From: Camelus ferus
Taxonomy: Eukaryota
NCBI RefSeq assembly: GCF_009834535.1
Contig: NC_045696.1
Location: forward strand, 74,960,001 to 75,024,000
Direction of reading: 5' to 3'
Length of the DNA: 64,000 nucleotides
Shown: positions 24,302-62,467 of the stretch, piece after piece
How the letters are laid out: every line of letters starts with the position of its first letter
Position numbering within the stretch: position 1 is the first letter of the stretch
Position numbers and translations under genes: made by a program
Notes under the pieces: generated by a model
Seen by the model: only the letters and a program-made list of their open reading frames with translations
Databases searched by the model: none
What the model was told of the DNA's origin: nothing

Positions 24302-25342
24302 TTCAGTCAGTCTTGGTACCTTTCATTGGGCGGTGGGGGTAGGAAGCTGCAGGAGAGGATTCCTCTCCACCTTCTCTTGGCTAAATATGATATGCATTTA
24401 AGGTCCAGAACATGCTGTTTAAAAGGTTGTAGTAAATTGTTTTGTATGCCAAAGACTTCTCTGTAATAAAATGTATGTATGCATACATATTTTAAATCAT
24501 TCTGCAAACTGAGATTCTCTAGATTTCTTAAGTGAATGGCACATCTCTATTCCACTTCTAAGTTTGACACCCATCTAACGATATGCAGTTCTTGAGATTT
24601 TTCTCCTAACAAATTCCGAACAATTAATTTGAAACCTAAAATGTATGAAAGTGTGAAATCTTAAGTGTTTCAGTTACTACAGTTTTCCATTCATATAGTG
24701 GCTACTTAGTTCACCTCAGGAAAGAGACATTATGCTTGGAGAACAAAGTCAATTTAGAACAATGTTATCTCAAAGTCACTCAAACCACTTGGCAAATAAA
24801 CAACATTTTAGCAATTACTTGCTGTTAATTGCTTAGAAGTACTAAGTATCAATGCCCATGTGCATTACTAGTCCAAGAAAAGCCCAGACTTACCTTTTGC
24901 AAGGTTTGTGGTAACTGAAAGCAAAACCAGTTTGCTTCTAGTCTAACTTCACTTCTAGGTTATTGTCATCAACTGACTTGGGAAAAAGTCTGTCCACAGA
25001 CACATTCCTACATGCATGTGTAATGCATTTATTTCTGCTTAAAATACAAGCATTTAGTTCTTCATGCTTAAAGGAAGTTAATATTTAAATAGTATTTTTG
25101 TAATATTCATCACTTTACTGGGACAGAAAAATTGGCTTTTATGGCATAATAGTTTGAGATTTTCAATCAGCTATATTTAGTCATTATTGATAAGAACTCA
25201 AATTCAGCTAAATTTTGATTAGCGACACTGATTTGCTTCTAAGTATTCAAAATAAATGACAAAATATCATTATCACAGTTTTTTGTTAAAATATATAGTA
25301 GACTAAGGATTGTTTGGACACAAATAAAAGTAATTTTTTTTT

Positions 25343-25348
25343 TTTAAT
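25343..25348 (-). terminator. Distal polyadenylation signal (ATTAAA) of PIK3CA
   Basis: TTTAAT on the plus strand, at the position matching the recalled human mRNA end. Confidence 0.65.
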
Positions 25349-25354
25349 AAACAG

Positions 25355-25420
25355 TTTGTTGTTACAGACTGCAAAGTTAAAGAAAAGCAGACAGTGACAG
25401 TTTCTGATGAGAACAAATAG
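25355..25420 (+). CDS. KCNMB3: KCNMB3 alternative terminal exon (isoform e-like), antisense to the PIK3CA 3' end
   Basis: T12-AATAAACAG| acceptor, then FVVTDCKVKEKQTVTVSDENK*, phase 0 like the exon 3 donor. The recalled human short-isoform tail is RDVTDCRVKEKQTLTVSDEHKQ. Confidence 0.55.
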   Translation, partial: FVVTDCKVKEKQTVTVSDENK

Positions 25421-28400
25421 TAAGTGCAGTCACAGGCCAAATTTCTTGCCAGGAACAGCAAGACTGGGAAGAAGTCTTGAATTTAGTGGCACTGTATCAT
25501 TCTGTATTCTCAGTACAACACATGCATCTTGCTGTGTCAGATACTTTCAGGGCCATCATTAAAGAACATTTAAAAACATTTTTCTTCTAATCAATGCAGT
25601 ATACCAAAGGACTCCAACCCACTGAGTGACAAAATATAGAAAAATAGATTTGCTACAAAAAATGGGGCTAAAGAAGGTGGTGGGAGCTCCTTTTTGAAGC
25701 TTCCATTTGGTGTGTCAGTAGTCTTCTTTTGGTAGTGCCACATTGCCCAAGATGTTAAACTGTTATGTTCCAAAAGGACATATTCTTTTGGATATTATTC
25801 CAACCAAAAAAGTCAGAGGAATGAATCACACTGAAACCATTAATTGCATCTGAAACTTTGGTTCCATAACCAAAAATATTTCTAGGAATCAGATGAAGGT
25901 TAAGTTTTCCAACCACTTTTAGGAATATAAATTTAATCTGATAAGGGGCTTTTTCTTATGAAATCAATAATGACATATTTGGAAATACATACTACAATTA
26001 AGAAGTTTAGTCTTATTAAAGATATTCTGAGAGAATATAGTAAAATAATGAAGGTTTCTGCCTCCTTGCTAGCCTAGAAGCATTAACAAAAGTTAAGAAT
26101 CACCTAAAAAATATACAAGGCTCTTAGCATAACAACAAAATTATTGTAGTAAGAGATTAAATAATGTTTTAGATAGATTCATAAACTTAACTGGCCTACA
26201 AAATGCATTAAAAACTCTTCCCATACTTAACCAACATGAGGACTGGAGTCTATTGTTGGTAGTGAAAATCCGTTACCCAACTAATACATACAGTGGACTG
26301 GTTTTACTTTTCCCCTCCCTGCTAAAACTCTTAAATGGAGTTGTGCAAAAATCAAGTCAGAAGATTTTCTTATAGCTCATAACTGTCACTTTTTGCTAAC
26401 TAGCATGGGTGAAATATGACCATATCTAAGCCAAGCAAAAGGAATGGTGCTGCATTGATAAAAAGTGTAAAACCTTACTCAAATGGAGTACTTGAACGAA
26501 ATGAGCTTGTTAAAAAACTAACATCCCAACTTGGGAAACTCCTAATCAATTATAAACTCTTCTGAATTTTAGAACCTTGATGTTTATACCTTTTATAAAA
26601 GATGCCTCAACGAAGGCTAGCAAGCAATGTGCATACAAATTGAAATGTCTGCAAACACACACACACCAGTTTCACTAACAATAAAGAAAACAAAACTAAT
26701 TTCAAATGTTGAATTCAATGAACCTCCTGGCACTACTGCCTTTTTCAAGTGGCTGGAGCAATGATTAAATTTTAACCAAAAATTTTTCTTAGTATCTCCA
26801 ATGCCATTACAAACAAGGCATGCAACTCTTTTACAAATCTAAAATATAGTGCTCTGTAATATCAGAGCCAGAAGTATTGAATTGTGACTCATCTGTTTTT
26901 TTTTTCCTTATTAACCCGAGGTAGAGTTACCAATCTAAATCCAATTTTATCAGGACCATACTTATATTGAGCTAAACGCTATAATCTTTTCAGAAAGTGA
27001 AAATAACTTTTAAGAGAAAAAAAAAGGCTTCCCAGGTCATGGCACATAAGATACATTTACAATTTTTAATGTAGTAATTAAAAAATAAAAATGGTTTGCT
27101 TTGTATTTTAAAGAACAGCCCAGCTGTATTATCCTCTATCACCAAGAATTATCATCTGAGGATGTTGTCAATGCTGAATTGTATAGTTCAGCCTTCACAA
27201 TCCCCTTGATGAAGAGATAATTCCCTCATGGTATGCACAATATACTCTTACAACTTCTAGCCTTGTCTTAGTGCTTGATCTGAGCAGGAAGAATGTAATT
27301 CATTCAAACAACAACTCCCTGTTTTGCCCCCTCCTTCCACATGCCCCTCTTCTCAAAAACAACTCAAGTATGAAAGTTGTTTTTAAGTAGCAGAAGCACC
27401 ACAATCTATTTAACACCACATATGGTCTTTACACTGAAATATTTGTGATGTCTTGGACACCAAAATCAATTTTTAAGGTAGATTCTGAGTGTGAGGGTCC
27501 AGCCCAGATCTGCAGTTTTTGCGGACACAGAAACAAAAGGAACTTAAAAACATTCAGAAAAAGTGAACTTGCTGGCTTTAAAATAATGCTGGAAATTAAA
27601 TTTCCTCAAAGAGTTGGGAAGCATAGGCTATTGGTCAGGATATGAATTAAATGGATTTACAAATCATTAAGAAACAAATCCAAGTTTATGTACTGTGAAA
27701 TTTCTATGGTGTCTTTTAAATAGATAGGCTGCTCATAAATTCTTTTTTTGTAAATGCCAAATCACTCAATTTTTGCTGGAAAAAAGAATACAGATGGACT
27801 ATGTTTTACCTATGTGAAATCACCAATCTATTTAAAATCTAAGATAATATATACATTCTAACCAAATAATTGATTATTTTCCTGATTAATAAGAACTACA
27901 CTTTACACAAAATACTTTATCAGCAGCTGTTTTCTTCAAAAAACCAATAGTCATAGTTTCACAGTTGAAAAAGTTACACATTAAAATATTTTACAATTCA
28001 TTGTATATTCATCAGGTTCCCACTTCCTAAAGGGCTTGTAATATAAAGCAGATTAGAAGGGAAAACCCCAAAGTTGATCACTTTGACACTAAGTTTTACA
28101 GAGGACACTAAGAACCACAAAAAGGCTTAGGTTCTATTGTAAAACAGCGACCAAATTCCATTCTTTAAAAAAATCCAATTAGAAACATCTTTTAAAAAAA
28201 CCAAGTTCCACAATATGATTAACAGATTTCAAATTAACAGCAGTCTAAAAATCTTCAAAATGAACGATTATAGCTGAGAATATGATAAAAAGTTAAAACA
28301 TGATTTGTGAACAGTTGATTATTTCTTGCTAGAATGTGTTTAAATTAGGTTTTATTTTCTTTAAACCTGCTTTTCTTCTTTTCTCCAAAATAGTCATTAA

Positions 28401-31127
28401 AAGAAATATTGCTTAAGTGATCAAATGAAATTGTTGAGCCAATAGTCAGTTATACCACATTCAATGACAAGGATGGTTGGCTATAGAAACTGACCAATCA
28501 GAATTGATCTCCGATACTGAAGTACCTGGAAGTAGCTATATCATCACTGACTGGAAACATCCCAGTCACCCCATGTTGCATTTAACTCACTTTTTGGTTC
28601 TTTGCCTTCTAAGTATTACCTGTTCCCTTTTTCTGATTTTTAATGTTGTTTGCATAAACTCTGCTTGTATTTGTTTGAAATGTACTTTGCATTTAGCTAG
28701 ATCACTTAATCTATATTGTTTACAGAATTTGTTTACATTTCTTCACACAATTAATTTGGTTGTAATAGCTCTTGAAAATAAATGTAAATGATAAAATAAG
28801 CTATGCGGCTTGTGTTTTAATGGTGGAGAGGTCCCAGGGGAAGGAGAGTATCTGGACTGATGTGAAAAATGCAAAAATTGTATAAATTTTGTGCAAAGAA
28901 GCTCAAAGCTTTTTTGGCACTTGGTAAAACATGATTCTCTGTTAAAACTTCAGTTTCTACCATCAAAATTTCAGATTTGTACCATTTCACTGAGTTTTCC
29001 TGTAATTAATCCGACATAGAAAATACTAGGATGCAAGTATGTATTAACTGAATAAATCTAAAAGACACAAAATGTTAATCATGAAGTTTTAATAAGTCAT
29101 GGTATCTTTTATATCTGCAAAATAATCTATCTGGCTTCCTGCTTAAAACAGAGTTTAAATTCTTCTTAACTATTCCAACACAGTTTAGAAACATAAGTTC
29201 CCCTAATCTTCAAATTTTTTTTGTTGGCAATATTATATTATATACATGCTTTAGTGAGGTACCTAAATCTCCAATAATTATGCCCTTTAAGGGTTCTAAA
29301 ATAGCCAAATATTAAGAGTATTTGTATTAGAGTCCCTGTTCACTATTCAAGACTTCTACTATAGGTAACTGATTTCATAAATGAATTATTTTTTAAGTGA
29401 TGCTGTATACAATGTGTACTCTTCATAAAGTTGTATTCCAATAACATGCCTAATCTAGAAAACAGTCAGTAAATTATTGCACTTTTTCTGGTGTGGCACC
29501 TGGACATTTGCTAAAGCTATTTCCTAGGGCATTAATCATTCATTTCAAATACTGAGTAAAATATCAGGTTCTAGAGTGATGACTAGCCTTAGCCCCTACT
29601 TCTTGGGTTAATGTTTTTCAAAATGTTTAAGAATGTATCCTGTGCTCAAATGCAATTTAATAAAGTTGGAGAGTGAGCCCTGACCACTCAGAAATGGGAC
29701 ATGATCTTAAAATGGTTTAAGGTCCTGCTTTTATTATTGAAATATTGAATAAATAGTCTAAAAAGGTAAAAATTTCATGGTTTCTATTCTGCCATGTTAC
29801 AAAGTATTATTCATGAGTATATCTCAGTAGGGGGGTTAAGAAATCAGGAAGATAGTTTCAATTATGTTAATTTTGGTAACTAATTTCATATGATTGAGGC
29901 ATTCTCAACTATAAAAGAGGATGGAAGATGGGGGATTCAAGTGAAAATAGAAGGAAATAAAAGGAAAGAGGAGGAACTTTAATCTGTCTTCCTTAAGTAG
30001 TTAGATACTAGTCATTGGTATAAATGGGATAGTGCCTGAGCCTCACTCACAGATCAAGAGAAAAGCTGACCATGCTGCTACAAACAATAAAAAATTTGGG
30101 GTGCAAAACAATGCATGACTATGGGACAGATCATGTAAATAAAGAATATATATTAATGATAGTTTCTATAATATAAATAGCTTTTAATAAAAAAAATAAT
30201 CTTTTTAATAACATTAATACTCACTTCTATTTTCTGGAAAACATGCACAAAAATGTATTCAATTCAATTGCAAAAGGAGAAAAAAAATCAGTCTAAGGTG
30301 AATACTGTACAATTCTGGAGCAAGAACGATTCCTGCTCATTCTTTCTCTATGATTATTATTTAACTTTGTGGGAGCCCAGAATTTCCCTGGGAAGTAAGA
30401 ATCGGATTCTTGTAAATACTGTCCAGAAAAAAACCTAAAAACACCACCTTATAACAGGTCTCATTTGTGACTGCTTCCCAAACTTTGCAGATAAGACCCC
30501 GAATCATCAAAAGGTTCAATTTATTAAAAAGGAAAAGTCTGGTGAAATCTCAAGAGTCCCTCACACCCCAAGCATTCTTCATCAAACAAGGAGTCAAAAA
30601 TCCACTTCAAACTATAAATTGAACAGCAGTGAAAAAGTAAGAAATTTTCGTTATTTTCCAATCTTAATGTAATTTAACGTCAAACTCCAGTTTACTTGGA
30701 CCTAATGCAATAATAGACTTTGTTGTGTTCACATTTCAAAACATAGAACATTTGCAAGACAAAAAAAGAACATCATTCTTTTTCCTTCTCCATCATTTCT
30801 ATATATATTTGGGGGTTTTTTTGTTTTTGTTTTTTAAAAAAAGATACAAACAATCTTTAAAGTTTACCTTTTTGGACTTAAGGCATAACATGAAATTGCG
30901 CATAATTCTAAAGCTTAATTTTGAAATGAACTAGTTTAGTGCTATCAAACCCTGTTTGCATTTACATTATTTAAATTATAGAGTATTTTATTTCGGTTCT
31001 TGCTGTAAATTCTAATGCTGTTCATGGATTGTGCAATTGCTATGCAATCAGTCTTTGCCTGTTGACAGTCATTAACAGTGCAGTATAGAATCCAGATACT
31101 GAGCTTTCAGTTTCTTAAGTTATCATT

Positions 31128-56364
<25,237 letters not shown>

Positions 56365-59300
56365 TTACAAGTTTTACATATAAAACTACTTTAAGGAATT
56401 AGATGCGTGGCTGTCCCAAAGCAGAAATCTAAACCAAAGAAAGAAAACATGTTAAGTTTTTTTTCCCCCTTTTTAAAAAGAAAACTCTACTTTCTCATAT
56501 GCATATTTTTCCCCACAGAAGTTTGTAGAGTCCGAAAATGGGTATAGGTCATTCAGTCTGACCTTGTTTGTAAATTTTAGGCTAGTGAGTATTTACAAAT
56601 GAAGTGGTTCTAGCAGAAAGGGTCACTTTGGAAAATCAGCAGGAATGAATCTTTTTCTGGTTTTGTCACAATGTAAATTAGTAATTGTGGATGAGTTCTG
56701 TAACTTCACTAGACCTCTGTTTATTCATCTGTCCATCAGGTATTGAAGTTATTAACTAAGATTTCTTGGAAGACTAAAGTAAGATTAAAACAATAAAGAT
56801 TTTTTTAAAAAATGAAAACATTAAAAGAGAAACATCAAAGAATACATTTATGGCTCTACAAAAGTGCAAAAATTCACTTTCTGTAATTTGAATTGATTTG
56901 GGTAAATAAGTAATCATAATTCATCTTAAATATTTTGATGTAGATTGTTGTTCCAAATTAGGCTGAAATAATTGATCCAAAGCAGAAGTTAGAAAAAGTA
57001 ACTTGTGTTTAATTATATTTAATAAATTCATTCAAATAAAAACTTTTATATGAATGTATTTTTAAAGTCAGGTCTTATCAAGACAGAGCTGAAGCTATGG
57101 AAAGAGTAAGTAGTAAGATGCAAGTGAAACCAGAATTCCCATCACATACCACCTTTATCATTCTTTTCTATTTTATGGAACAACAGAATTTGACTGGAAA
57201 GGATCTTTTAGATCATGGGTCCATTGCTTTTATTTTTAAAGATGAGTAAAGAAAAGGCTAGAAAATCAAATTCTATTCCTTTTATATCCCCTACCTCTAT
57301 CCTGTGGTAATCAAAAATTACATAGCTTTGCCTTTTTTTCTTTCTTAAATCAATCTTTGTAATTTTCTTTTTTTGTACTGATTACTGTCTAAGTGATATC
57401 TTAGACCATTCTGTTTTAAAGTATAATTTAGGTACATATTTACTATAATATAAAGTGTCATCAATGTATTTTCCTTGAGACATGATGAATTTGCAATGAT
57501 CCACTCCCTCTTTATCAAATAACTCAGTCCTATTATTTCTAACTGAAATGAACTGATCCACATATCCATTGGCTCAGTACAATGTTCCAACAATGTTAAG
57601 TACTTATAATACTTTTTAAAATATTAAGTATTTTATTATAATCTGAATATACAATATTAAGTATAATATTACAATCTGAAGCCCTCTCTTTTTAGATGTT
57701 AAAATAATCTTCAGGGTTCCTTTGGAAGACACTGTCAAAACCTGCAAAGCACAAATTTACTTCTTGCTGTTTATATTTTCTTTTATTCAGTAAGCTAAAC
57801 TGTAAAGGTATAAGAAAAAATAAAGTGAGAGAGATTAAGAAAATACAAAAGAAATGAAAGTTAAGCCAGGGGAATGAATCAAAAAAGCCCAGATAACTTA
57901 TTGCATTCAGTTACTCTATCAGGCGCTGTGGACAATAGCTATAAATGACACTTTGCTTATTCCCCAAAAATGTATTGGTGCTGTCCCCAGGACCATGATA
58001 GGTGGTGGGAATATGATGAGTAAGTCAGGCATGGCCCTTGCCTTCACAAGGCAAAGTCAAGACTGTGAAGGTTATCTGTATGAGAGTGTGAAGTAAAATT
58101 CATAGGTACAAAACAGAAAAAAATGCTTTCATAAAAAGTACCAGGTGCTATAAAAACACATAGTGTGGTTACCTAACTTAATGGAAGTTGGAGTGGGAAG
58201 GTTTTCCACAGGAGGTAACAAATAAACTAAATTCTTTAAGGATAAGCAGCAGTTGAGCAAACACAATGAGAAAAACGTGAGGAGCCCGATACCTCTAATC
58301 CAGAACCCTGCCCCCTCTGACTCACGTCATACTCACCAACATCTAATTCATCCACAAATTTTGTTAATTCTGTATCCTGAATATGTCTACATTCCTTCAT
58401 TATCACTCTTGGTACCTTTGGTCAGGCCACTCCTATATCTTGTCTGGACTACTGCAAAGGCCTAAATGGTCTCCCTATGTCTGTATCTGCCCCCTACAAC
58501 CCATCTTTTACTTTACAACCAGTGTGACTTAGAGCAACAGGACCTACTTTTGATCAGACACTTCTGCTGTACCAATTCTCAGTTGCAAACAAGTGTTTAT
58601 AGTATGCTCCAGAGTTATATGAAGGAGGTGGAGCAGAAATAGCAGAAATTCCAAGCCCTCCTCCTACCTCTGGAAATACAGAAATCAATTAAAAGACAAC
58701 AAGGAATATAAAATTATTTTTTAATACTTGAAAATATTTTCTTTGAATTTATAAAAGAGACATACTGAAGTTATAGGACTTTAAATATCCTATTTTAATA
58801 GTTATAAGATTTAAATTATCCTATTTCCTATACTTAAAAAGAAAATTCATTGGCCAGCAAAAAGACCAGATGAATCAACCTAAGTGTGTAATTATAGAAG
58901 TGACTTAAGCTAAGCTTTTTAAAAACTTACAAAAAATTTGAAGAATGCAAGGGAAAATGCCAAATGACTACTTTTAAATGATGATCTGCCTACGTAAAAA
59001 AGTTCAACTAAAAGCAAAACCAAACCACAAACCACACCAAAACAGCAGCTGTGTTTATAGTTTTCTTTGTTGATTTGGCACTAACAGATCTATGTTATGG
59101 AATCACGGGGGCAACTATTTTATACAATAAATAACAACCCTCAGAGTCACATATGTCTCCTAAGAACTAGCAAAAGAGAAGTCTAGTAAAACAGAAGATC
59201 ACTGATGCTAATCCTTATTCTACTATAGTATATTTATGAGCAATTAACAACTATTAAATACTCAAGATGCGCCCTTCTCATTAAGGGAATAAGTGTGATC

Positions 59301-59479
59301 ATAACTATAAAAATATTTGAAGATCCTGGAAGGCAGTCACTGGTTGACATTATGGTAGTACTACACAGAAGAGAGAGGAAGCTAACTTTCTTATTTGTCT
59401 TCTTATGCTAGGCCTCATTCTGTTCAAACCATTACCTCAGAGCTCACATGAACAGAAGTGTAGAAGAGGCAAATGGAGC

Positions 59480-59960
59480 TAACACTTACTGTTTAGTACG
59501 TATCACGCACCTTAGTCAAGTAATAATCATTTGGGGTAGTATTACCATTTTACATATAAGAAAACCAAAGGTCAGAGAAGTAAAGTTATTTACCACCAGT
59601 AAATGTTAGATATGGATTTTGAATTCAGGTCTAGATGCTTTTAAAGTGCACATTATAGCCATGCTACTATTTGGGCTTCAGGTATGGCGGGAATATTCAC
59701 TGGTGGTGAACAAAAGAATGAGCTCTGAAGATACACTGGATTGAAATTCTGTCTGCCTCAGTTAATAGTTGTATGGTCTTGAGCAGTTTAATTCACCTTG
59801 TCAAACCTTGTATCTCCCCCAGCTGCCCTGTCCCAAATTGTTAAGTTGGGATAATGGCATATACTTCATCAGACCTGCTGTATTAGATGAAGTAATAAAA
59901 GAAAAACTTGTAAACAAAGAGACTGGCACACAGTAAGCACTCAATAAATGTTACATACTA
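59480..59960. mobile_element. Two adjacent MIR relics in opposite orientation
   Basis: attaccattttacatataagaaaacc (minus copy); gactggcacacagtaagcactcaataaatg (plus copy). Confidence 0.55.
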
Positions 59961-61371
59961 TTAACAAACCTAGTAAGTATACCCACATTATCTTTTCAAG
60001 CTATTAAGAATTATTCAGGACTGGCATTAGTTAGGGATGGGGAAAAAAGAGTTTGAGTTCTTTACAGAGGGAGGCAAGTAAGTAAGAAGCTTCATAAAGT
60101 AGTGCCAGCATCAAGTGCTGAAATGTGAAGGTAGTACTGGTACTGCAAGGCTCACAGATGAGTTTGGAATAGTATGAGTGGCTCAGATGCTGGTACTTCT
60201 AGTTTCCCAGACTCATAATATCCCTATTTAACTGGTACAGTTATCTATAGCTTGAGAGAGAGGAACCCTTAGTAACCCCCTTATTGGGAGAAATACCTGC
60301 TTTTGCCAGGTTCTAGGTTAAATAAATAGTATGATAACGATGGTAAATAGACACTTTCTCTTTGGTTGTTGAGTTTATTGGGGAAAGACAAGATGCAAGA
60401 AAAACTTTAACAATGGAAAACTGTTGTAACACAATATGAACCTTGGAAAAGTCACAGGAAATCTCCCAACTGCCTGAGGCGGCTAGGGAAGGCATGAGAG
60501 AGGTAAAGTTTAAACAGAGTATTACAGATAAGCAGGGGTTTTGCAGAGAAGGGATGGCTTGGACATGGGAGAGCTAAATGGGAGGCTGTTTTAGATTGCC
60601 ACAAGATTATGTGTGCAAAGTCACAGACCATGAAAGAATGAGGCCCATTACCAACAATATAAGTTGTTTTTTATTACCTGAGTATGCAGTGCATGGCAAT
60701 ACGTAGGGTGTCAGAAAGGTGGGCAGACATGTTAAGGAATTCGAATTTTATGTAGTACACTCTTAAGTAAAAGGGAGTCTCTGGAGCATTTTGAACAAAA
60801 GAATGACATGACATTTTTTTCATGATTTTTAGATTCAGATTTCTTTAAAAATTTGCTTTTCAAATATAGGATATAATCAAGGAAACATTAAATCAAGGTG
60901 TAGAAACTTAATTTTCCCAAATTTGGAAAATAATCCCTAATGTTGAGAAATCAGAATACATAATATTTTAAATAAAAGGGACTTTACACTATGGAAAAAA
61001 TTAGATGTTGATAAAGAAGGTAGAATTATCCAAACTTAAATGCATCTATTTACAAAGAAAAAGAACTTATTTGAAAAGCAGTAGAGGGGAATAAATCAAT
61101 ATAAAATTAATATTTTCAATATGAATCTATGCAATTTGGAGATGTGAAGTGACAAAAATATATTTGCTAAAAATAAAACACTTTAAGAGTCAAGGAACTA
61201 CTCTATTGGGTTTTTGAGTTCATAACACAAGGACTAAATAGTCGCATAATGACAAATCATAACTATTCAGAATGCTTAGGAAATAAATTGGTTTTGCTTT
61301 CTAATCTTACCTAATTTTTAATATACCTAATAATGTTATTTCAACTGAAGCAGTCCTGTTTTCTTAAAAGA

Positions 61372-61372
<1 letters not shown>

Positions 61373-61413
<41 letters not shown>
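61373..61413. repeat. Perfect (TA)20 microsatellite in PIK3CA intron 1
   Basis: 41-nt uninterrupted TA alternation. Confidence 0.95.
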
Positions 61414-61415
<2 letters not shown>

Positions 61416-62250
61416 CACAATGTATCCTTCTTGATAAATCGCAGCCCTCATTATAAAACCAATCACTGGTTTTGTAAAACACATTATAGCAAAGCTTTTC
61501 AGTATCACTGAGGAGTCTGAGAGTATTTTTGGCCCTAAAACCAAAGACAGTGGTTTTGGAGACAGTGCTTTTAAAAATGCTCCCCATCCCCTTGTTTTCT
61601 AGCAGTCAGTGGTCACTTATTCTCTGTGGCCAGACTGCCTGGTGAGAGTAGTCTCCTATTCTCCTGTTACTCATTTCTAGTCAGCATCAACACTTGACCA
61701 TCATTTTCTAACAGTTGATAAACTAAAGGCCAACAGATCAAATGATGGTATGAGAACCTTTGCTTTATGAGGTTAGAAGCACAAAATATGAAACAGATTC
61801 TTTGCTGATCACAGATTTTTCTGTTTATTTCCTTGTTCTAGTATTAAAATTACTGTTAAAAATTTCTGTGTTTGGGTAGGAGGCACTGAAAATCTTGGTT
61901 CTCAGAAAGCCTGAACCTGCATTTATGTCTTTGTAAGGGTTGGCTCTGCATTAGTAGTCCACAAGTGGTAGACGGCATTGCTCAGGAGTAAACACCTTTA
62001 AGGACAAAATATGCAGCAGAAATGAACAGAAAATAGTCTCAGACTTGCCACTGTCACTTGACTTGTATAGAGAAAGGTTTCTTAATTCGTTGGGTAACTC
62101 ATTGGGCAATTCAGTATTTTGAACATTTGATTGTGCACTCTTTCAGCCCAAGAACACCATGATATCTTGACAATTTGTTTTTTAACTCCTGCATTGCAAG
62201 CCTTTCTTCACCTATATTAGAATGATATTTCCAGATTTCATCATTTAAGG

Positions 62251-62467
62251 CAAGGGTTGTCAAACTGTGGCCCACAGGCCAAGTCCAGCTCACCACCTGC
62301 TTTTATAAATAAAGTTTAATGGGAACACAGCCAATAAATTGTGTTTACATATTGTCAGTGATGTTTTTACAACAGTAGAGTTGAGCAGATACTATAGAGA
62401 CCATGTGGCCTGCAAAACCTAAAATATTTACTATCTGGCCTCTTACAGAAAAAGATTGCTGACCCTG
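62251..62467. mobile_element. MER58A hAT MITE
   Basis: CAAGGGTTGTCAAACTGTGGCCCACAGGCC...aaaatatttactatctggcctcttacagaaaaagattgctgaccctg. Confidence 0.85.

Larger units (their letters stand above)
25331..31127 (-). other. PIK3CA: PIK3CA long 3' UTR (~5.8 kb)
   Basis: AT-rich, with no repeat I could recognise. Colinear with the recalled human UTR, which ends ...CTGTTTATTAAA(A)n...ATTA; the same motif is at 25354-25331. Confidence 0.8.

Noticed and set aside
61336..61587. ORFs containing (IY)n repeats
   Set aside because: Artefact of translating the (TA)20 microsatellite.
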